Source of the DNA: Sporopachydermia quercuum
Lineage: Eukaryota
Length of the DNA: 64,000 nt
Assembly (NCBI GenBank): GCA_001599295.1
Contig: BCGN01000005.1
Span: forward strand, 1,364,001 to 1,428,000
Direction of reading: 5' to 3'
The notes below the pieces were generated by a model. It was given only the letters and a program-made list of their open reading frames with translations, was not told the origin of the DNA and made no database searches. Shown here piece after piece: positions 57,301 to 64,000 of the stretch. Position 1 is the first letter of the stretch; every line of letters begins with the position of its first letter. Both the position numbers and the translations under genes were made by a program.

Positions 57301-60300
57301 TCTTACTGTTCCTTTTGACGTTTTCACAGTAGGACTCCGACAAATCTCACTATATCCGCTGAAAGCCCGATGGAGAAATTTCTCCAAAGAAGAACTGAAA
57401 TCAACTGATAACACAAGTTTTAATAACACCGATTAATTATGGCTGGCAGATTGATATATATGGTAAAACAGTTTAATCACAAAATATTCCTCTAGACTTG
57501 GATTGATTGAGGTTCGTCAATTAATTCTTCTCATATCCTTAGAACTGTTCTCATACTCTCAATTTTGGCCGGTTATTGCCCACTGTCTATTGCCTACTGC
57601 TTAATTCTTTTTTAAAGCTAATAGCTATGATGGTAATAAAAAATTCATTCACATTACGTTTAAAGATTGCAAACAATTCTCACTCAGTTTACTTGATATG
57701 ATTGCCTACCTTACGCCTGCCATCCTGAATTTCTCCCGAAAGCTTATAAGCCCTTTGTCACTATTGCAAAAAGGTCTCCAGCGGTAAGTAGTACCCTAGT
57801 CCTTCACGGTTAAACACATCCCTATCTGATGAGTAAAGAAATCTTTACCTAAATGTTGATCCGTCATAATTGGCAAACTCCGATAACTCGTCCCATGTGT
57901 CATTCCACTCTTCAATTCTCTACAGATCTACAGAAGAAAGGATAAGCTTTAAAGTTCATTTCTAAGCACGTATTAGCTTACTTTCAAAGGAAACTCTAAT
58001 AAAGTTGAGCTACCTTCAGGCTTCCTTCCAACCTAGCACTTTATTTTAAGGTTTAATTATTATTTTAAGCTTAAATTTTAAAAAATTGATGTCTGAATGT
58101 TTACTTCTACGTAGAACAAGATTAAAATCCGTCAAACATTTCAAAGAGCGAGCAATTTTGCTAGATTAATGAAGTGAACATTTGTAGTCGTAACCGAAGC
58201 TCTATTCTATAATTGATTTTATAATTGATTCTACTGACAATTTAAGGATGAAGATTTTGATTAATGAATGAATTAATACTGAGATACCGGAAGTAGTAAG
58301 TTAGAAATTGAAATGAAAAGGATGATATTATTTGAACGAAAAGAACTAAATATTAAAGACTACTCGGAGTCCCTACTCAGTGCAGCCTCCTAATATTCGT
58401 GAATAATAGTAGTACGATAATTTTAAGTGAAGTAGGTTTTGATCCCTTATTCTATTAAACAAGATGTTGTTTACATCTCTAAGGATTAACCAAATTTCTC
58501 TTCTCTTTCTCGACAGCAGTAATTTTTACTACAGTGCTGAATATATGAAGATATCTTCTGGTGCGATATGATCCCTGACTTTTTTTTTCCAACATTTATC
58601 TTGATTTGGTTCATTAAGTTGATTTGCTCTTGAATCGAGTGATTCAGAAATCCCGTACTCACACTCTTTGATTTAATCGTAAAAGGACCTCTCATAATCT
58701 TAGTAATAATTATTAAGATATTCGAAGTCTGATTAATAAACATATGTCTTAATTGAGGAGAAAGAAACTCACCTTAGCCGAAAGTAAAATATAAGGCATA
58801 ACTTTAAATAAGATTCATATTATGTGAAATATAAAGCTAGTATTTCAGATGAGTAAGTTATAAGACAGTCAATAACGATAATACTTAGGGAATTCAACTT
58901 AAATAATGCCAGTCCTTGCCTTTGAAATCTAATCTCTAATACGCTATTCTGATTTTACTTCACTGAAAATATTTGATTGATATCAGTGATCTCATTTAAC
59001 ATAATCAATACGCTTCTCAGACTATGACTACTATGTATGAAATAAGGTTTGAGATAAACATAAGGTTATGCAGGATCTAACATAGAAAGCATGATTAAAG
59101 TTATAGCTAAGTTTTAACAAGCAATAACTTGCAGGAGAGACTAATTTAAACAATGTTTTGAGCTATTTATATCCCAAAATATAAATAAGGTTAAGGTTAA
59201 GAATGAGCTAAGAGAAGCATATAAGCTCAAAAAATAGTATCAGACTCTGAGTACTTTTGAGTATAACTTACTATATTTCAAACCCTAATAGGTTTTGCAA
59301 GTTTTGATTTTCCTTCTAAGACGGTTTTTGATCATTTATTAAGGGATAATGTTCCATAGGTACTGGCCGTAAACTGAAGAATGTATACTCGTAAGTGAAA
59401 AATGAATTATTTTAAAGCAGCGAACAGTTTTGTCTCCTTTAGAATCTTAATGACTTCTTCGTTTGAAGAATGTTTGAGGTGTTGAAACCACTTTGCAGAC
59501 TGACTCTAGGTTCAAAGGTATTTCAACAATATGCTAAGCATTTCTTGAGTACTAGTGCCAAGAGCTTGGAGTTTATCTATAGATTTATGCATAAACTATT
59601 AGTAAATCTTTGATGAAGAAATTCTCATCATTTTATCTTCTCCATTGTAAAACGATCACGGAACGACACTCGGACTTTTGTTTTGATGAGAATTTGTGAT
59701 GCAGGAGATAAACAACGTGTAAGCCACCATTTAATGTCCAGAGAAATAACATTACAGATTGAAAACCAAATTCAGGGTCTCTTACTGTTTCTAACTTAAC
59801 GAACCTTCGATATACCTCTTAAGGTTCGATTGAAGATAAAGTAATTTATGCTTATTGTCATTAAACTTAGCATTGAGAAACCACCACCTTAACTCGTACA
59901 TGTATTTGCATAGCCATGATCCTGAGAAAGAATTATGATTCCTGATTCCAGCAGGACTCCGATATACTATGAGTTAACTACGTGAGAATAATTCATATGA
60001 TAATTCAAAACTCTCTTAATTTTTTAGCATTACGACTTTTCAGTCATTTCAGTAAAAGTTCAAAGACCCCTGTCAGATATCAAATACTTTTGTTGCTTTT
60101 GTTTGAATTTTGACAACTAATTTGCCTCTAAGAATTATTGACAATATTGACAATATTATGCCAAGAAATGAGATCAATTTTGGTTTTTTAATTTTTTTTA
60201 TTTGGGTCACTTGGTTTATATGTTGAGACTCCAGTTTCCCCAGAGTTTTTGAATTTTAGTAATTTTAGTTTATCTTTCCCTCCATAGAGTGCAACTAACA

Positions 60301-61534
60301 TACTTGCAGAGTGGAGAGGTAATGGCGATTATAAATCAGGAAAGATAAGAGGGTTTAATTGAATGAATCGAAAAAGGCTTCTTATTAGATAAAAGTTTGG
60401 TAGTCGAGAGAAGGGTTCAAAACAGGGATTATTGTGATGTAAGAAGCAAAATACGATAGTACCTAGTAATATTGGCAAATGAGGCAAATCCTAGAGATAG
60501 CAAATGGATGGCAAGGTATGAGAGACACAGTGTTATCTCAACCTTATTGACTAGAATTGATATCACTGGGTTTGACCAATTCCCGCACGCAGATGGGACA
60601 TACTTACTGCTTTAATTTCAATTCTGCAATATTTGAAATTCTTTCGCTAAAAGAACAGACCTGAATCTATCATTTTTTTTTCGTTTTAACAACTAACGAC
60701 ATCCAAGTTTCACGATACTGGTGTGGAAACTCGAACTGAAAGTGTAGACTATTATATGTATGATTTATATACAATCACGATAATCAACGTTACATCAACA
60801 AGATGATAGACCTTGACTGACACCTTGCAAAGAAGGCGAAAACATGTTCGTTGTGAATTTCAATAAGTTAAATTACTCTGAAAACTAATGAACAGCTCTT
60901 TCAAACAGCTACGCTATATATTATCTCTTTTTTTTGCTTAAAGTAATCAACTCTTCTTATTTTAATTCTTAGCTTTCTTAATCGGGAAATATTCAATGAA
61001 ATAGGTTAAATTTCAAGTAGAATATCCATTTTATTGCTCATAAATTGAGAGTGACTGGTCAAACCTTAAAAGGTTAATTTTGTTATAGTTTTTAACGTTT
61101 AATTAAAGTTGTGATAAAGGTTCTTTTCTCTATTATTTCTCTTAAATTTAATTTAATGTTTGTTTTAGATTTAGATTTAGATTTCTTGGCTCTAAGAAAA
61201 ACTTTCTTTCAAAGTTTAGTTCTAGTTTATTTACTGCTACTTAACCTTTGTTAGTTTACAACCAGATGTTTCGCTTTATTCCTTTTAAGCAATTTACCTC
61301 CTCGTTTCCTTCTTTTGTCTTCTTCTTCCTGTTTTTCATCACTTAAAGTCTTGTTCTTATGAATTTTGAAACTTTTGTTGAAATAGGAAACATTGTAATG
61401 AGAGCAGTAAACAACAATACCAATATCTGAAATATCTATATTCGTACTATCAATTGTATGGCTACTTGGTCTTATTTGTTTTAACGCGACAAGTATCAAC
61501 AATAGCATTTCCAAATTTATACTCAGCCACAACC

Positions 61535-63163
61535 ATGGAAACATATCGCGGCCATGTCCGAACAGCAACAGATGCGATAATACTGTTTGAAGCGTGCCGT
61601 CTTGGTATACTCAACAGGATCCAAAGAAGACTTTCAGCAAAAGAAAGGTCAGCTATCAAATCAGGCTCAATTTTCGTTTGGGATGAAAGGGAAGCAGGAA
61701 TGAAAAGATGGACTGATGGTAAGTCTTGGAGTGCATCAAGAGTCAATGGAGCTTTCTTAACCTATCGTGAAATGGAAGGAAGAAAATCTGAACAAGATAA
61801 TGGCAATAGATCTCCAAGCAATAACAGTTCTACCACCTCTAACCCTGCCAGAAGGTCAGAGTCACCAAGAGAATTAGATGATCAAGATTTTAATTCTTCA
61901 GAAGGCTATAGATATAAACCAGACGGATTAATAAAACAATCATTTTCTGTTATAACTAGCGATGGCATGAGACTACATTTGATAGCTTACTTCATGAGAA
62001 GTCAAGTGACTGAAAACCAATTACTGACGCCATCAATGGATCCTCAGTTATACAATATTAGCGTTCCAAAAGGAATTTATCCTGAAGCTGTTTTACTTTC
62101 AGATACTTATCCACAAGTTCCTGTACAGGTTCCTGTATCTATGGGAGTTCAAGGTATGCAGCAAGTTCAACAAGTACAACCACTGCACCAAGTACAACAA
62201 GTTCAAGGAGTTCCTATGCCACACCCTAATCAAGGCTCGGTTTTACCACAACCAAACCATATACAGTTACCCAATCAACATATGCCGGTATCAATGGTTC
62301 GAACACATCATATCAACTCAGCCGATCAAATAGGATCGTATCCTGGACAGACAATTCCTGTACACTCTACCATCCCAATCTCTGGACATTCTAATTATAC
62401 TATTCAACAAGCACAGGGTGATACTAATAGCACAATGACCAGCCCTCAAGCTGGACGCACTAGTAGTCCAAACTCTGCATCTACTGTTTCCTTTGCACAG
62501 ACTGGAGCCCATTTATTAGCTGTCCATAAGCCAGAATACTCTTCCAAGTCCCCTACTAGTCCCATCGCTCAAATTCAATCTCAAATCCTAACCAAAGGCG
62601 TTCCTATGACTTCTACTACTTCTGGAGTCAAATCAGCTGCTCCTAATGCCAATACTGCTTCTATCACACAAGCTTCCAACCATGGGCATGTAACAGCTAT
62701 ACAATATGTTCCTCAGAACTCACAGTCTTTCCTCGTACCAATGGCGCAAGTTTATACAACCGTACCAGGACAGGTAGTTAATCAGCCTTACTACATCCAA
62801 GTTCAACCAATATATCAAAATGCTCCAGCTGCCGCAGTTCCAACGGTGCAAACTGCAGTTGCAGCATCCCCAGCCCCAGTGGTTCAGGGCCATACTCAAT
62901 CTCATCCCTTATCGCAAGCTTCTCATAATACCCAACCAAGACAATTTGTTACATCTAATACTATCAACGTTCTATCTCATAAAGGTAATGCTGAAATCAC
63001 TCCTAAATCATTAGCTCCAAAAGATATGCCATCTTTAGAAGATTTAATGAAGAGAAGTTCAAGCGTATCTTCATCACTACCACCGTTAAGATTAGGAGTT
63101 GGGAACAATCATGCTTCTAATGATGCTAAAACGTTAGATGTACTTAATAGGACATTTGCTTAA
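61535..63163 (+). CDS. Gti1/Pac2 (WOPR) family transcription factor, Pac2/Pth2-type
   Basis: METYRGHV....DAIILFEACRLG..RRLS..ER..I.SGSIFVWDEREAGMKRWTDGKSWSASRV (WOPRa) and YRYKPDGLIKQSFS (WOPRb), then a Gln/Pro/Ser-rich tail. First ATG in frame is 61535. Confidence 0.9.
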   Translation: METYRGHVRTATDAIILFEACRLGILNRIQRRLSAKERSAIKSGSIFVWDEREAGMKRWTDGKSWSASRVNGAFLTYREMEGRKSEQDNGNRSPSNNSSTTSNPARRSESPRELDDQDFNSSEGYRYKPDGLIKQSFSVITSDGMRLHLIAYFMRSQVTENQLLTPSMDPQLYNISVPKGIYPEAVLLSDTYPQVPVQVPVSMGVQGMQQVQQVQPLHQVQQVQGVPMPHPNQGSVLPQPNHIQLPNQHMPVSMVRTHHINSADQIGSYPGQTIPVHSTIPISGHSNYTIQQAQGDTNSTMTSPQAGRTSSPNSASTVSFAQTGAHLLAVHKPEYSSKSPTSPIAQIQSQILTKGVPMTSTTSGVKSAAPNANTASITQASNHGHVTAIQYVPQNSQSFLVPMAQVYTTVPGQVVNQPYYIQVQPIYQNAPAAAVPTVQTAVAASPAPVVQGHTQSHPLSQASHNTQPRQFVTSNTINVLSHKGNAEITPKSLAPKDMPSLEDLMKRSSSVSSSLPPLRLGVGNNHASNDAKTLDVLNRTFA

Positions 63164-63547
63164 TATGAATGAACTAAGGAGAGAGTGTGGATTTTACTTA
63201 AATGCTGTTTATATCTATGTGTATTATAATTATGATGACTTTTATGATAGTAAATCAAAGAACTGTAATGAATCAGAGGGTATTGACTTTCACTATTAGG
63301 CTTTAGGATATATGCACTATTGATGCATCCCAAATGCATATATTAATAAATCCGTAACTTTATTTATATTTGTATCTTTTTTCTTTTTTCTCATTTACTT
63401 AATCAGATTTTTCACCTCGTTTTCAGATAAATGTTACAGCGGCTATAATAGTACGTTTTAGATTCTTTATTGACGGATCTATGCTAACAAATCTAATTAA
63501 AGCTCTCAGTTTCGTATAAAATCTATCACCGATCTACCTCTTGAACC

Positions 63548-64000
63548 ATGAGTAAACTTACAGTAGAGGCATCAGCTCAGTTCATCAGCTCTCGGGCTAA
63601 GAATGTGACTGTCAACCCTGAGAACTGCTCAGCAAGCGCTTGGAAGCTATTAGAAGCTATGAAAGCTAAAACTTCAACTGAAAGTAACACAATAAATGGA
63701 TATATTTACGCTGGAGATTGGACTAGCCATCTCCTAAATTATTTCCCAAAGTTTGATGAGAAAGACCGTGCGAAAGTGAAAGTTTCCACTGGAGATGCAG
63801 ACGATATCAACGCTTGGGTTGTTGATTGGTTGTTTACGGTCGATCTATTGAACTTCAGTTTCTGGTCAGATGTTGATGTAGGTGATAAAGGTATTCCTGA
63901 CGAGCAAACAGAAAGATTTGCATTGGAATACAACGGCGAAATGTATACCGGATATTGGAGTTTATTAGCCGCAATAAAGCGAACAATGCAGAGAGGAGAT
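63548..64000 (+). CDS. Queuosine salvage protein DUF2419 / QNG1 (runs off window end; absent from ORF track)
   Basis: Open frame from ATG 63548: MSKLTVEASAQFISSRAKNVTV...VDWLFTVDLLNFSFWSD...YTGYWSLLAAIKR, matching the family signatures LNFSFWS and YTGYWSL.AA. Confidence 0.85.
   Translation, partial: MSKLTVEASAQFISSRAKNVTVNPENCSASAWKLLEAMKAKTSTESNTINGYIYAGDWTSHLLNYFPKFDEKDRAKVKVSTGDADDINAWVVDWLFTVDLLNFSFWSDVDVGDKGIPDEQTERFALEYNGEMYTGYWSLLAAIKRTMQRGD

Noticed and set aside
54380..61534. Centromere or LTR element in the 7 kb gap
   Set aside because: No long inverted or direct repeats, TG..CA LTR pair or transposon-like ORFs seen by eye. A regional centromere cannot be excluded without CENP-A data.

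Overview
AT-rich fungal nuclear DNA from a budding yeast (Saccharomycotina-like). CUG reads as Leu, introns are short and spliceosomal, and respiratory complex I is present. Gene order: RRN3 (5'-truncated), F-box/LRR protein, NAM8/NGR1-family triple-RRM protein, complex I NDUFB8 (spliced), SWR1, RTC3 (3 exons, fragmented in the ORF track), a charged protein with a coilin/Mug174-like C-terminus, AIM6, OCH1/HOC1-family mannosyltransferase, a GC-rich BDH/IFE-type Zn dehydrogenase, a decayed DHH1 fragment, an FAD oxidoreductase, URC1/urg1, SEC7, STM1 (3 exons), FAS2, a Pac2-type WOPR transcription factor, and the start of a queuosine-salvage (DUF2419/QNG1) gene. Best leads: (1) a ~1.45 kb gene-free segment between STM1 and FAS2 with nested long-range helices, a candidate large structured ncRNA, possibly telomerase RNA; (2) a 7 kb upstream region of the WOPR gene enriched in WOPR-type motifs, suggesting autoregulation; (3) a probable divergent coilin; (4) a compositionally foreign BDH segment beside a DHH1 relic; (5) a multi-intron 5' leader on the NAM8-like gene. 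All identifications are by eye and from recalled family motifs; no searches or folding programs were run.
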